Source: the human T2T-CHM13v2.0 reference genome, Homo sapiens. From it: DNA of 64,000 nt. The stretch is taken from assembly GCF_009914755.1 (NCBI RefSeq), contig NC_060934.1. The stretch is one strand, 5' to 3'. The position numbers and the translations under genes are program-made. Positions 1-14,440 of the stretch are shown here, piece after piece. The notes under the pieces are model-generated. The model saw only the letters and a program-made list of their open reading frames with translations, was not told the origin of the DNA and did no database searches. Numbering within the stretch: position 1 is the stretch's first letter; each line of letters begins with the position of its first letter.

Positions 1-2547
1 AAACTAATATATTCACATGTCTGGTACCTTAGGTAGAAACTGGAATGTTTTTCTATTCAGGAACTGTTTCTAGAAGTGAGGCAGGAGGGTAGCAGGGAGG
101 GCAGTGCTTAAGCCAGACTCTTTGGAAACCGAACCACAGAGAAATGTGGAAGGGGCCTGGGAAGGACGCTCCCTGAGGTGAGCCAAGTGGCCAATTTGTA
201 CTTGCACCATCATGTATACTTTTCTTGGGGCGTGGTCTCCTGTTGTTCTTTATTCCAAGGAGAGGGGATGGTGTGCGGGGTATGTTGGGCTTGCCACTTT
301 GAATCAGAGACACCTAAATTTAGACACGGCCGTAGAGGACTCACAGCTCTTCCTGCAGATGATCCTTCAGACTCAGCTTTCATCTGCCCAGCAAGGACAG
401 CTGTGGCTTTGTGAGATGCCCTGCTCCATTCTTGGGCAGCCTGAGTGGTTTAGGACAGGGCTTTTAAAAACGGGGTATTATCTTCTCTTGACAATCTCCC
501 TTTGCCCCATTTAAACATATTTTCCTCCTTCAAGTATTCTGCCTCTGAAAGGGGTTTTCAGAGCTCCCAGCCTCCTCCTTGGAGTCCCCATAGAAACTCT
601 GTGTCACACAGTGATGCTCTGTGTAGGCTAGCTGTCAACATGGCTCAATGCCATCTTCCCTCATTTAGCATGATTAATATGAATTTGTGGTTAATTATGA
701 AGTTAGTTATGTTAGTTAATTCAAATATTCTGGCAAGCTTTAGTAAGCTCCTGTATGAGCCTAGAATTTTGCAAGGGTGCAGGGTATGAAAATAAAATGG
801 CAGGACCCTGACCCTTTACCACCAGAGCTTAAAATTTAGTTGGAGAAATGGCCTGCAAACAACTAATAAAAGGTCATATGGTGACTATGTAATAAGCATG
901 AAGTAACAGCTTCCAGGAAATTTCAAGCACTGTGTGATCGATATTCTTCCTTTCTCTTCATTTATACCCAAATGGCATGAAGGGTGCTTTTGAGAATGCT
1001 CACATTTTCGGAGGAGATTGTAGAGTATGCCCCTCCCACTGGTGGCCACAGTACCATTTGCTGCAGCAGAGACTTCAGCAGATAGCAGTCCCAATGTTAT
1101 TTCCTTGTTCAGATGCTGGAGAGGCCTCGAATGCAAGGAAGGGACTAGATCTCTTGTGAAAGTACATGGAGTAGGATCCGCCTGAAGTCCACTTGAAGAT
1201 TCTTCTCTTGGTCTGTTCATTAAGAAAAAAGAATTTGTAGACCAACTATCAAATAAAAGGAGAAGGAAATGTATACTTAAACAGAAAACTATACTTACAC
1301 CTTTGGTTTGGAAATTTTGATTAATATTTATTGTCATGAGTTTGAGCCCTAACAGGCTCTTCTAAATAAGGAGAGAGGCAAGTTTTCATCAGATGACCTA
1401 AAGCAAGAAATACGCACAGAAAGAGCAAGCTCTCCTATGGAGAACTCGGGAGCCCCACACTCCATAAGTGAGCAGGTGAGAGTGTGGCCCTTGAGAATGC
1501 CACTGGCGCCCCTCTGAGAGGCAGCCACCCTCACTGTCCACTGTCCACTGCCCAAGGCTCTTCAGTCTTTCACTGGGACACTGAGCAACACCATCAGAGA
1601 GCCTAGTGAGGGGAAGTGCTGTTGAGAAATTGAGGGGAGCGAGGCTACATGGATCCTGCATTTGCTCTGGAATATTCAAGGAGTCCTGCACAGCACAGTT
1701 GCTGGTGCAGCAGGAGGTCAGAACATCCTTTTTTTCCCCCATCCTGGGAGTTGGTGCCTTTGGGATTCTGTGGGTAAATGTGCTATTTGGATTTCTAAAA
1801 GAGGCTCCCCTTCAAATTCTAAAAGCTTTGGATGAGCCTCATAAAACCTACATTCACCTCTGGATTCTAGCTGCTGGTGATACCTATAAGGTCATGCTTT
1901 CAAGGTAATTAACACTACTATGGGGAGCCCTGCATTTCTTTGGGGCAGCCTGGAAGAAGAGAGAAACAAGTAGGAAGCTGCCCTTTAGAAATCCCTGCAT
2001 TCATATGGCAAGAGTGCCCAGGTCTCTTTTTATCCATTTTTAGGATGGATGGGGGACCAGAGAGGAAGATTGAGTCTCCAGGCACCAGAGAGAGGGTGGT
2101 AGAAGGTAGATGAGCAAAGCTTTGACCACCACTTTTGCCTAGTGATGGAGGGCTTTTGGGTAGGAAGGTATCTCAGGCAACTGGTAAGCAGAAATTTTCC
2201 TTTCTCTTCTGTCACTTAAGAAATTGTGTATTAAGCTATTTATTTTTTTCATTGTAAAATATGTGCCATATATGGAAAACTTAGAAAATAAAGAAAGAAA
2301 AATTACTGTTCCTACCACTTTGACGTAATATATGTTAATATTTTGGTGCATTTCCTTCAACTGTCTTTTCCTCTATGTGTTTTCAATAGTTATCATCAAT
2401 TCACATATGTATTTTAATACTTAATATTATTAATAATAATTTTCTATATAATTACTTTCCGTAAGGACTGTTTTATTGGTTGTCAAATAGTCTAACTGGT
2501 TTATACCATAATATATTTAACCAAGTGCTTGTTATTAATCTAGGCAG

Positions 2548-3060
2548 TGTATCAAACTTAGTGGTATAAAAGAACAACCATTTTGCTATTGTTATACATT
2601 CTGTGGGTCAGGAATTTGGGCTGTATGATTCTTACGTTCTTGCTCTCATCTGAATCACTCATCTGGCCAAAGGGCTGGTCTGGAGGATCTAAATAGGCTT
2701 TACTCACAAACCCAGTGACTTGCTGAGGATGAGGTGGACATGACATGTCAACTGAAGTGCCTTCACATCATCTCTCCAGTATGGCAGCTCAGTGTAGCTG
2801 GGCTTCCAGCTTGGCAATTAGCTCTTGAGCATTCTCAGAGGGGGCATAAGGAGAGTGAAGGTTTCAAAACAGCCAGTCAGAAGCCAAAAGGACTTTTATG
2901 ACCTAGACTCGTAAATTACATCACATCCATTTTACCTTTCTGTGATTGTAGAAGCAGTCACAGGCCCGCCTAGATCAATGGAAGAGGGGAAGAATAGACC
3001 TTAACTCTTCATAGGAAAAGTGTCAGAGAAATTCAGTGGCACTTTTAAACACCATCCCCA
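2548..3060 (-). mobile_element. MaLR MLT1-type LTR relic
   Basis: tagtggtataaaagaacaaccatttt...cattctgtgggtcaggaatttgggc resembles a minus-strand MLT1 LTR; ends approximate. Confidence 0.55.
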
Positions 3061-3070
3061 AGGTGTAGAT

Positions 3071-3281
3071 CTGAACTGCCCAATAAGGTATCCACTAGTC
3101 ACACATGGCTATTTATATTTAAAATAATTAAAGGTAAATGTGATAAAATGAAAAATTCGGATAAGTCTCACTAACCATATTTCAAGAGCTCAAGTACCAC
3201 ACATGGCTAGTGACTATGATCTTGGACAGTACAGCTATAGAATATTTTCATCATTGCAGAACATTCTGTTGGACAGCTCCG
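3071..3281 (-). mobile_element. MER3 (hAT-Charlie non-autonomous element)
   Basis: Repeated ccactagtcacacatggcta / cacatggctagtgactat motifs and terminal cattctgttggacagc match MER3 structure. Confidence 0.8.
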
Positions 3282-5124
3282 GGAGACATTGTTCAATCCA
3301 CTCAGAATGAGTATGCCTTTCCCTCAGATGGTAGGTTCTAAGAATAATGCCTCACTAAAACTAGCCAGGAAGTTTTGGATAATGGCTGGGTTTGCGTCTT
3401 GGGCAGGAAATAAGGAAGATAAGACAGAAAAACCATGTTATAACTTACAACAACCTATCATGACATTTGTGTCATGTCCAAAGGGCAAAAGAGCCAACTG
3501 AAAGATGCTCTCATTTCCCACATGGGAGACAATTTGAGCACTGAAATATTAATAATTGCAAAGTATTAACAGCATCAAATATGTCCTTATTCAAAAACAG
3601 ACATGGGGAGGGCAAGATGGCTGACTAGACGAAGCCAGATGGAACTGCTCCCATGGAAGAGACAGAGATGACTGGCAGGCTCCTAACAGATCTGCAGAGA
3701 GAAGGCACTGAAAGTGCACAGAGGAAAAACACAGAAGCTGGGCTGAAGTGTGAGGTAGCTGGGAACCCTGCATGGAGATACCATGCACCAGGACTCATTC
3801 CTAGCCCCCAAGGGCTCTGGGGGAATGGGTGAATTGAACTGTCAAGGAACAACCTGCTCTTGCCACAGGCCTGTGGAACCCTGGCAGAAGGAGACCCCTT
3901 GACCACCACAGACATTAGAGTTGGCAAGGAGAGCTGCTTAGAGAAGTGATAGAGGCAGCAAGCTGGCTGATGTAGATCCTTGAGGGTTTGTTGTAAGAGC
4001 ATCTACAGTGGAGCATGGCTGGGGCAGCCATCCTCCTAGGCTCGACTTGCTTCCATAGGAGACTTTAGCCCTAGGGGAACTGTCAGACTTGAACTCTGCA
4101 GGGTAGCCTTTTCTATCAGATGGGACCACTTCAACCTGAGCACCCCCTTGTCTGTTGGCCTCTCCCAAGGCCCCAGCCTGGCTATGTCTGCCTGCAGGAC
4201 AGACTGAGGTGCTCTGGGAGCCTGCACTAATAGCGTCTGTGTTGGTAGACTATGCCTGACTAGCACCCTGCTCCAGCAGGGGGTTCCCATGGCCATGCAC
4301 CAGCCATACTACAACAGCTTCCCCTGGGACCCACAACAACACCCCACGTTGCTTTGCTGGTGCATCTGTGTGGGCAGGTTTGGCTTTTCTTGCTCCACCA
4401 ATGCATGGGAGTGCAGTCTGCCTCCCTTCCCCCTACTAATTGCTATTGCAGATGGAGCCTTTGTAGGCACAGAGCCAGCCAGCCTCACCCCTGCCAGCAC
4501 CCTGCCCTTGCACTAACACTATGCAGAGAACAGTGGATCCTCCCTACCCTGAGTGACCACTCTTGCTTTCAAGGCAAAAATAAGGTACCCTGACTTGCTC
4601 CTGCTAGTGCCCTGCCCCCAAGCCAACACTACCTCCAGCATGACCATGCACACAGTTGCCAGCAGGGACCCCCACTGCTCCCACCCCCCTGCCCAGCTGT
4701 GTTGCCTCTCCCACTGTAGTAAACACCTGCAGGGAGGCAGGCAATCTGACACCCACTAGCACTCTTCTGCTAGGAGATGGATCTCACTACAAAATGCTTT
4801 GGCTGACACCATGCATCAGAGTGTAGTGACCAGTGGTCTGGGAGCAACTTGGCCCCCACAGCACAGTGGATTCCTAACCTTGTGTTCTCTGCTGCCAGAG
4901 AACAAAGTTGGGGCCCAATATAAGTCCTCCAGAGTTAGAGGATGCTGTCCAGGGGTTGGGAGCTGAGCATTGGCCCCCTAAAGTCTTCCAGAAATGAAGC
5001 CAGTTAGCTGAATCCACCTTATACTACAATCAAACCCTCAAGGTCACTAAATACTATAAAAGGAAAAAAAACCCATCCAAAAGGTCAGAAACCTCAAAGA
5101 TTGAAGGGAGATAAGCCCACAAAG

Positions 5125-6140
5125 ATGAGAAAGAATCAGTGCAAGAACCCTGAAAACTCAAAAAGCCAGAGTGCCTTCTTTCCTCCAAATGACCACATCA
5201 TCTCTCCAGAAAGAGTTCTGAACTGGGTCTGAGACGGCAGAAATAACAGAAATAGAATTCTGAATATGGATAGGAACAAAGATAATTGCACTACAGGAGT
5301 ACATCAAAACCCAATCCAAGGAAGTGAAAAATCATTATAAAACAATACAGGAGCTGACAGACAAAACAGCCAGTATAGAAAAGAACATAACCAACCTGGT
5401 AGAGCTAAAAAACACACTACGAGAATTTCATAATCCAATTGCAAGTATTAATAGCAGAATAGACTAAGCAGAGGAAAGAATCTCAGAGCTTGAAGGATGC
5501 CTTTCTAAGATGAGACAGTCAGATAAGAATAGAGAAAAAAGAATGAAAAGGAATGAACAAAACCTCCAAGAAATATGGGATTATGGAAAGAGACCAAATC
5601 TACTACTCATTGGTGTTCCTGAAAGAGATGGGGAGAATGGAACCAACTTGGAAAATATATTTCAGGGTATCATCCAAGAGAACTTCCCCAAACTAGCTAG
5701 GCGGGCCAATATTTAAATTCAGGAAATGCAGAGAACCCCAGTAAGATAATTCACAAGAAGATCATCCCCAAGACAGATAATCACTGGATTCTCCAAGGTC
5801 AAAAGGAAATAAAAAATATTAAAGGCAGCCAGAGAGAAAGGTCAGGCCACCTCAAAGCAAGGCCCATCAGACTAACAGTAGGCCTCTCAGCAGAAACCCT
5901 ACAGGCCATAAAGGATTAGAGGCCAATATTAAACATTCTTAAAGAAAAGAATTTCCAACCCAGACTTTCATATCTAGCCAAACTAAGCTTCATAAGCAAA
6001 GGAGAAATAAGATCCTTTTCAGACAAGAAAATGCTGAGGGAGTTTATTACCACCAGACCTGCCTTGCAAGAGCTACTAAAGGATGCACTAAATATTGAAA
6101 AGAAAGACTGTTACCAGTCACTACAAAAACACACTGAAGT
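5125..6140 (+). pseudogene. L1 ORF1p remnant with several stops
   Basis: atgagaaagaatcag start at 5125; ORF 5510-5716 EQNLQEIWDYGKRPNLLLIGVPE is ORF1p; end approximate. Confidence 0.85.
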
Positions 6141-6203
6141 ACACAGACCAGTGACACTATAAAGCAACCACATAAACAAGTCTTCAAATAACTAGCTAAT
6201 ATC

Positions 6204-8652
6204 ATGATGACAAGATCAAATCCACACACATCAATACTAACCCTGAAAGTAAATGGGCTAAATGACTGAATTGAAAGACACAGAGTGGCAATCTGGATAA
6301 AGAACCAGGACCCATTGGTATGCTGTCTTCAAGAGACCCATCTCACATGCAGTGACACATATAGGCTCAATATAAAGAGATGGAGAAAAATCTACCAAGC
6401 AAATGGAAAACAGAAAAAATCAGGGGTTGCAATCCTAATTTCAGACAAAACAAACTTTAAACCAACAAAGATCAAAAAAGACAAAGAAGGGCACTGCATA
6501 ATGGTAAAGGGTTCAATTCAATAAGAATATCTAACTATCCTAGATATATATTCACCCAACACAACAGCACCCAGATTCATAAAGCAAGTTCTTAGAGATC
6601 TTCAAAAAGACTTAGACTCCCACACAATAATAGTGGGAGATGTTAACACCCCACTGACAACATTAGACGGATCATTGAGACAGGAAGTTAAAAAACATAT
6701 TCAGGAACGGACCTCAGCATTGAACCAAATAGATCTGACAGACATCTACAGAACTCTCCACCCCAAAACAACAGAATTTACATTCTTGTCATCATCACAT
6801 GGCACATACTCTAAAACTGATGATATAATCAGAAATAAAACATTCTTCAGCAAATTCAAAAGAACTGAAATCATAACAAACAACCTCTCAGATCACAGTA
6901 CAATCAAATTAGAAATCCAGACTAAGGAATTCACTCAAAACTACACAGCTACATGGAAATTGAATAACCTGGTCATGAATGGCTTTTGGGTAAAAAGTGA
7001 AATTAAGGCATAAATCAAGAAGACCTTTGAAACTAATGAAAAGAAAGATACAACATACCATAATCTCCGGGACACAGCTAAGGCAGGTTAATACGGAAAT
7101 TTATAGCACTAAATGCCCACATCAAAAAGTTAGAAAGATCTCAAGTTAACAACCTAACATTATAACTAAAAGAACTAGAGAACCAAGAACAAATGAATCG
7201 CAAAGCTAGCAGAAGACAAGGAATAACTAAATCAGAGCTGAGCTGAAGGAGGTTGAGATGTGAAAAACCATTCAAAAGATCAACAACTCCAGGAGCTGTT
7301 TTTTTGAAAAAAAATTAATAAAATATATAGACTACTAGCTAGACTAATAAAGAAGAATAAAGAAGATTCAAATGAACACAATCAGAAACAACAAGGGGGA
7401 TATTATCACTGACCCCACAGAAATACAAACAACCATCAGAAAATATCGTGAACATTTCTATGCACATAAACTAGAATATCTAAAAGAAATGGATAAATTC
7501 CTGGACACATACACCCTCTCAAGACTAAACCAGGAAGCAATTGAATCCTTAAACCGACCAATAATGATCTCTGAAATAGGGGCAGTAATAAATAACCTAC
7601 CAACCAAAAAAAAAGCAGAAGGCCAGATGGATTAATAGCTGAACTCTACTGGATGCACAAAGAGCTGGTGCTATTCCTACTGAAACTACTCCAAAAAATT
7701 GGGAGGAGGAACTCCTCCCTAACTCATTGTATGAGGCCAGCATCATCCTTATACCAAAACCTGGCAGAGACACAACAAAAAAGAAAACTTCAGGCCAATA
7801 TTCTTGATGAAAATCAATGCAAAAATCCTCAACAAAATACTGGCAAACTGAATCCAGCAGCACATCCAAAAGCTTATCAACCATGATCAAGTAGGTTTTA
7901 TGCATGGATGCAAGCTTGGTTCAACATATGCAAACCAATAAATGTGATTCATCACGTAAACAGAATTATAGACAAAAACCACATTATCTAAATAGATGTA
8001 GAAAAGGCTTTCAATAAAACTCAACACCCCTTCATGTTAAAAACTCTCAATAAACTAGGTATTGAAGGAACATACCTCAAAATAACAAGAGCCATCTATG
8101 ACAAACTCACAGCTAACATCATACTTAATGGGCAAAAGCTGGAAGAATTCTCCTTGAAAGCCGACACAAGACGAGGCTGCCCTTTCTCACCACTCCTTTT
8201 CAACATAGTATTGGAAGTCCTGATTACAGTAATCAGACAAGAGAGAGAAATAAAGGGAACCTAAATAGAAAGAGAGGAAATTAGACTATTCCTGAGCTTT
8301 TTGGCTGAGACTGTGGGGTTTCCCAGATAGAGGATCGCAACCCAGCAATCTCATTACTGGGTATATACCCAGAGGAATATAAATTGTTCTATTAGAAAGA
8401 CACATGGATGTGTATGTTCATTGCAGCACTATGCACATAGTAAAGACATGGATTCAACCTAAATGCCCTATGGCAGACTGGATAAAGAAAATATGGTACA
8501 TATACACCATGGAATACTGTGCAGCCATAAAAAAGAATGGGATCATATCCTTCACAGGGATATGGATGGAGCTAGAGGCCATTACCCTTAACAAACTAAT
8601 ACAGAAACAGAAAACCAAATACTGCATATTCTCACTTATAAGTGGGAGCTAA
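6204..8652 (+). pseudogene. L1 ORF2p remnant (EN, partial RT, C-terminus)
   Basis: Fragments [53 protein letters not shown]; stops, frameshifts and an internal deletion. Confidence 0.9.
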
Positions 8653-8915
8653 ATGATGAGAACATATGGATATCTAGAGTGGAACAACATACACTGGGGC
8701 CTATTATAGTGTAGAGGGTGGGAGGAGGAAGAGGATGAGGAAAAATAACTGATGGGTACTAGGCTTAATACCTGGGCAAGGAAATAATCTGTACAACAAA
8801 CCCTCATGACACAAGTTTACCTATATAACAAACCTGCATGTATACCCCTGAACTCAAAATAAAAGTTAAATTTTAAAAAACCAAAAAACCAAAAACCAAA
8901 ACAAAAACAGACATG

Positions 8916-10245
<1,330 letters not shown>

Positions 10246-10609
10246 TTTTATGTCAATTACTTAAATGTTAAGATTTTCTTGTTACCATAATTTTATGTGT
10301 TTTTCAGGGCAATATACTTTGTACATTTTTTGGTAACCTTTTATTTTCTGATACCGTTTTAAAAACTTTTTTACTTCTGTTGCAATTCTCACTTCGTATT
10401 TCAAAGGCAAGCCATATAATTTGAAATGACTCTCCTAACAGGAAAATTACATGATAAAGTAAGTTCTGTGTGGCATCTGCCCTGACCTAAACAAATAGGA
10501 TGCTGCTTCTAAGCTTCCTATCAATTACTGACATGTATTATCAAATTATTATTTTTTATAGTGAGGAGTCTGATTGTATATGAAATATTCAATTTAAACA
10601 GGGACACAT

Positions 10610-10780
10610 GGCTGGGGACAGTGGCTCACGCCTGTAATCCCAGCACTTCAGAAAGCCGAGGTGAGAGGATCACTTGAGCTCAGGAGTTCAAGGCTGCAGT
10701 GAGCCATGGTTGGGCCACTGCACTCCAGCCTGGGTGACAGAGTGAGACCCTGTTGCTAAAAATTAAATAAATAAATAAAA
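10610..10780 (+). mobile_element. Alu monomer (FRAM-like or left/right-arm recombinant)
   Basis: Single arm of about 150 bp plus A-rich tail. Confidence 0.85.
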
Positions 10781-11734
10781 GGGGCACACAATATAAAGTG
10801 ATAAAACTGTGGAACAACCAAAGAGGTCTGCATTTGGTATTTCATATGTGCTGATGGTTGTGCTAAGCACTTTGTGTGCATGAATGCTGAAGTACTGGGT
10901 AGGAATTCTCTGTATAGGTAGCGGGTCTGGAATGCAGAAAAAGTGGGCTGGGGAGGCCCCATGGCTCAGATGAGTCAATTGGGACCCCCATAGCAGGTGG
11001 ATGGCCTGAGTACTGTGCTCTCCTCTGTGCTGACCTCACCCAGAGCCTTCTGCACACTTGGCTGACAGATGTCAGCAGGAGTCTCCTCCCTCAAGTGCTA
11101 TTTAACTACCTGCTTTCTCTTTTGTCTCTTCTCCTTCCCTCTTTTCTCTAAGTTTTAGTAGTGGGAAGTGGAAGACAGACCAATAAAACCCTCCAGTAAA
11201 AATGCTAAGTTACAAGCATTTGTTCCTAACTAGCCTTGGGCAAAACTCTCCGTAACAGCAGAGTAACTTAATTAGTAAATTGGACTTCCATTCAAAACAT
11301 ATACAGGGATCTACAGACACTAGGTAAATTCAATTTTCTCCTGATCTATTGTTTCCTGGGGGCTGTTATAAAGAAAGTGTCACTGCCCAAGTGAGAGACT
11401 TGTTTTGGGTTCCTACTTCAGGCAGAGAGAGATCCATGGGCCAAAGGAGCAGGACTCTTTCTGATTGCCTGTGCTGACCTTGCAGGGAGAATGCAGCCAC
11501 CAGAGAGGTCCCAGACCTCTAAGGGCAGAGAGTAAAAATGACAATGTCACTGAGTGGCAGTGCATCCTGCAGAGAAGTTAGGTAGAGCCTTGAACAGGGC
11601 CCAGGCCACAGGGTCTTAAAGATTGTGCTTGGTCAAGCACTACATCTGATCAGTAATAAATAGTAGGTAAGAAGGAGGCATCTTCTGCACCAGACTCATA
11701 GAAGAGGGTCCAGACTAGACCAGAAAATCTCATC

Positions 11735-13820
11735 ATTAAAAAAAATTATTTTAAGTTCCAGGATATATGTGCAGGATGTGCAGGTTTGTTGCATAGGTAA
11801 ATGTGTGCCATGATGGTTTGCGGCATCTATCAACCCATCATGTAGGTATTAAGTTCCACATGCCTTAATTTTCTTGCCTCAGTTTGCTGAGGATAATGGC
11901 TTCCAGCTCCATTCATGTCTGTGAAAAAGACATGATCTCATTCCTTTTTATGGCAGCATAGTATTCCATGGTGTATATGTACCATATTTTCTTTATCTAG
12001 TCTATCATTAACAGGCATTTGGGTTGATTCCATGTCTTTGCTATTGTGAATAGTGCTGCAAGTATTCACATATGTGTGCATGTATCTTTATAATAGAACA
12101 ATTTATATTCCCTTGGGTATAAACCCAGTAATGAGATTGCTGGGTCAAATGGTATTTCTGGTTCTAGGTCTTTGAGGAATTGCCACACTGTTTTCCACAA
12201 TAGTTGAACTAATTTATATTCCCACCAGCAGTGTAAAAGTATTCCTATTTCTCCACAGCCTTGCCAGCATCCGTTGTTTCTTGACTTTTTAATAATCACC
12301 ATTCTGACTGGCATGAGATGGCATCTCATGGTGGTTTTGATTTGCATTTCTCTAATGATCAGTGATGTTGAGGTTTTTTTCATATGTTTGTTGGCCACAT
12401 AAATATCTTCTTTTGAGAACTGACTGTTCTTGTCCTTTGCCCATTTTTTAATGGGGTTGTTTTTTTCTTGTAAATTCCTTGTAGATTCTGGATATTAGAC
12501 CTTTGTCAGATGGATAGATTGCAAGTATTTTCTCCCATTCTGTAGGCTGTCTGTTGACTCTGATGATAATTTCTTTTGCTTTGCAGAAACTTATCGGGGG
12601 AACCAGCCCCCAATATTTCAACGTAGGTTCTTTTCTATTTTCCCTAAGTGTCAGCCGGTCTGAGAAATAAAGAGAAAGAGTACAAAAGAAATACATTTTA
12701 CACCTGGGTCTCCGGGGGTGATATCACGTGTTGGCAGGTTCCATGATGCCCCTGAGCCGCAAAACCAGCAAGTTTTTATTAGGGATTTCAAAAGGGGAGG
12801 GGTGTATAAATAGGGAGTGGGTCACAGAGATCACATACTTCAAAAGGCAATAAAATATCACAAGGCAAATGGGGGCAGAGCAAGGTCTCAAGGCCAGGAT
12901 GAAATTAGAATTACTAATGAGGCTCCATGTCCTACTGTGCACACATTGTCATTGATAAACATCTTAACAGGAAACAGGGTTCGAGAGCAGACAACCAGTC
13001 TAACTAGAATTCACCAGGCTGGAATGTCCTAATCCTAGAAAGCCTGAGGGTGCTGCAGGAGACCAGGGCGTATTTCATCCCTTATGTTCAACTGCATAAG
13101 ACAGACACTCCTAGAGCGGCCATTTAGAGTTCTCCCCCTGGGAATGCATTCTTTTCCCAGGGCTGTTCCTTGGTGAGAAAAAGAATTCAGCGATATTTCT
13201 CCTATTCGCTTTTGCAAGAAAAGAAATATGACTCTGTTCTGCCCAGCCCCGCAGGCAGTCAGACCTGACGGTTATCTCCCTTGGTCCCTGAAAATCGCTG
13301 TTATCCTGTTCTTTTAGGATGCCCAGATTTCATATTGTTCAAACACACATGTTTTACAAACAATTTATACAGATAATGCAATCATCACAGGGTCCTGAGG
13401 CGACATGCATCCTCAGTTTACGAAGATGACGGGATTAAGAGATTAAAGTAAAGACAGGCATAGGAAATTATAAGAGTATTGACTGGGGAAGTGATAAATG
13501 TCCATGAAATCATCACAACATATGTTCAGAGATTGCAGTAAAGACAGGCATAAGAAATTATAAAAGTATTAATTTGGGGAACTAATAAATGTCCATGAAA
13601 TCTTCACAATTTATGTTCTTCTGCCATGGCTTCAGCTGGTCCCTCCATTCAGGGTCCCTGACTTCCTGCAGCAGAAACTCTTTAGTTTAATTATATCTCA
13701 TTTGTCAATTTTTGCTTTTGTTGCAATTGCTTTTGATGTTCTCGTCATGAAATCTTTGCCTGTGCCTATGATGTGAATGGTATTGCCTAGGTTTTCTTCT
13801 AAGATTTTTATAGTTTTTGG
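11735..13820 (-). mobile_element. 5'-truncated L1PA (about PA7-8) interrupted by MER11
   Basis: ORF2 C-terminal ORF 12066-12398; 3'UTR; TSD gaaaatctcatc at 11723-11734 and 13821-13832. Confidence 0.92.
12592..13673 (-). mobile_element. MER11 solo LTR (HERV-K11/HML-8)
   Basis: Minus strand begins tgctgcaggaagtcagggaccc and ends ggttcccccgata; 1082 bp; 6-bp TSD gaaact at 12586-12591 and 13674-13679. Confidence 0.93.
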
Positions 13821-13892
13821 GAAAATCTCATCTTTATATTCCCCAAGAAGAACCAGGGACTGATACAATCCACTCTCTGTGGCTTATATATA

Positions 13893-14218
13893 CAGGGTGT
13901 CAAAAAAATGTTAGTTTAATTTTAAGCTTTAAGAACTTCAAAATTACAAAAAATTACATTTCTTATATACTTACTGAGATTTGTAAGGTTAAAATAATAA
14001 ATTGTTAAGTTTTTTTCAAGCTTTATTCAAGGTGACAAATATTAACTGAAGCAAAACATTGAAATAAAATCTTTATTTTTTAAAATTCACAAAACTATAT
14101 AAACATATAAGAAAGTTAAATAATTTAACTTTTAAATGATGTTTTTTGTAGGCTTGTAGCATTTATACTTTGAAAGTTATTAAGCTTAAAACTTGACTAA
14201 GACTTTGGGGACATCCTG
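13893..14218. mobile_element. Tc1/mariner-type MITE with long terminal inverted repeats
   Basis: ta|cagggtgtcaaaaaaatgttagtttaattttaagcttt ... aagcttaaaacttgactaagactttggggacatcctg are imperfect inverted ends. Confidence 0.7.
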
Positions 14219-14314
14219 TTATTACAGATCACTGGATAGATGCTTGTATAGGATTCATACAGTGTATGTATAATACTACAATATGTACATACATTTATTC
14301 AATGTACATATTTT

Positions 14315-14420
14315 CAATATTTATTGGCCATTTACAAACTATGTGCCAGGCATTGTTATAGGCACTGGGAATACAATAATGAACAAAATAAACAAAAATC
14401 CCTTTTCCCATAAAATTTAT
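14315..14420 (-). mobile_element. L2 3' end fragment
   Basis: tatttattg...actatgtgccaggcattgttataggcactgggaataca. Confidence 0.6.
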
Positions 14421-14440
14421 ATATTTTTCTAATATATTAA

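Larger units (their letters stand above)
3606..8902 (+). mobile_element. LINE-1, older L1PA (about PA11-15), 5'UTR to poly(A), internally deleted
   Basis: Starts gggagggcaagatggctga (YY1-type 5' end); ORF1/ORF2 fragments in ORF track; 3'UTR, aataaa and A-rich tail; 13-bp TSD aaaaacagacatg at 3593-3605 and 8903-8915. Confidence 0.95.

Noticed and set aside
885-1337. 150-aa minus-strand ORF
   Set aside because: No recognisable domain, no promoter or splice context; within chance range for a 64-kb window
1030-1520. CTCF-like strings ccctcccactggtggcc and ggcgcccctctga
   Set aside because: Mismatches in the motif core
11860-11880. Deletion of the G-rich tract in the L1 3'UTR
   Set aside because: Ordinary decay in a truncated copy
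13445-13615. About 80-bp tandem repeat inside MER11
   Set aside because: Recalled as part of the MER11 consensus
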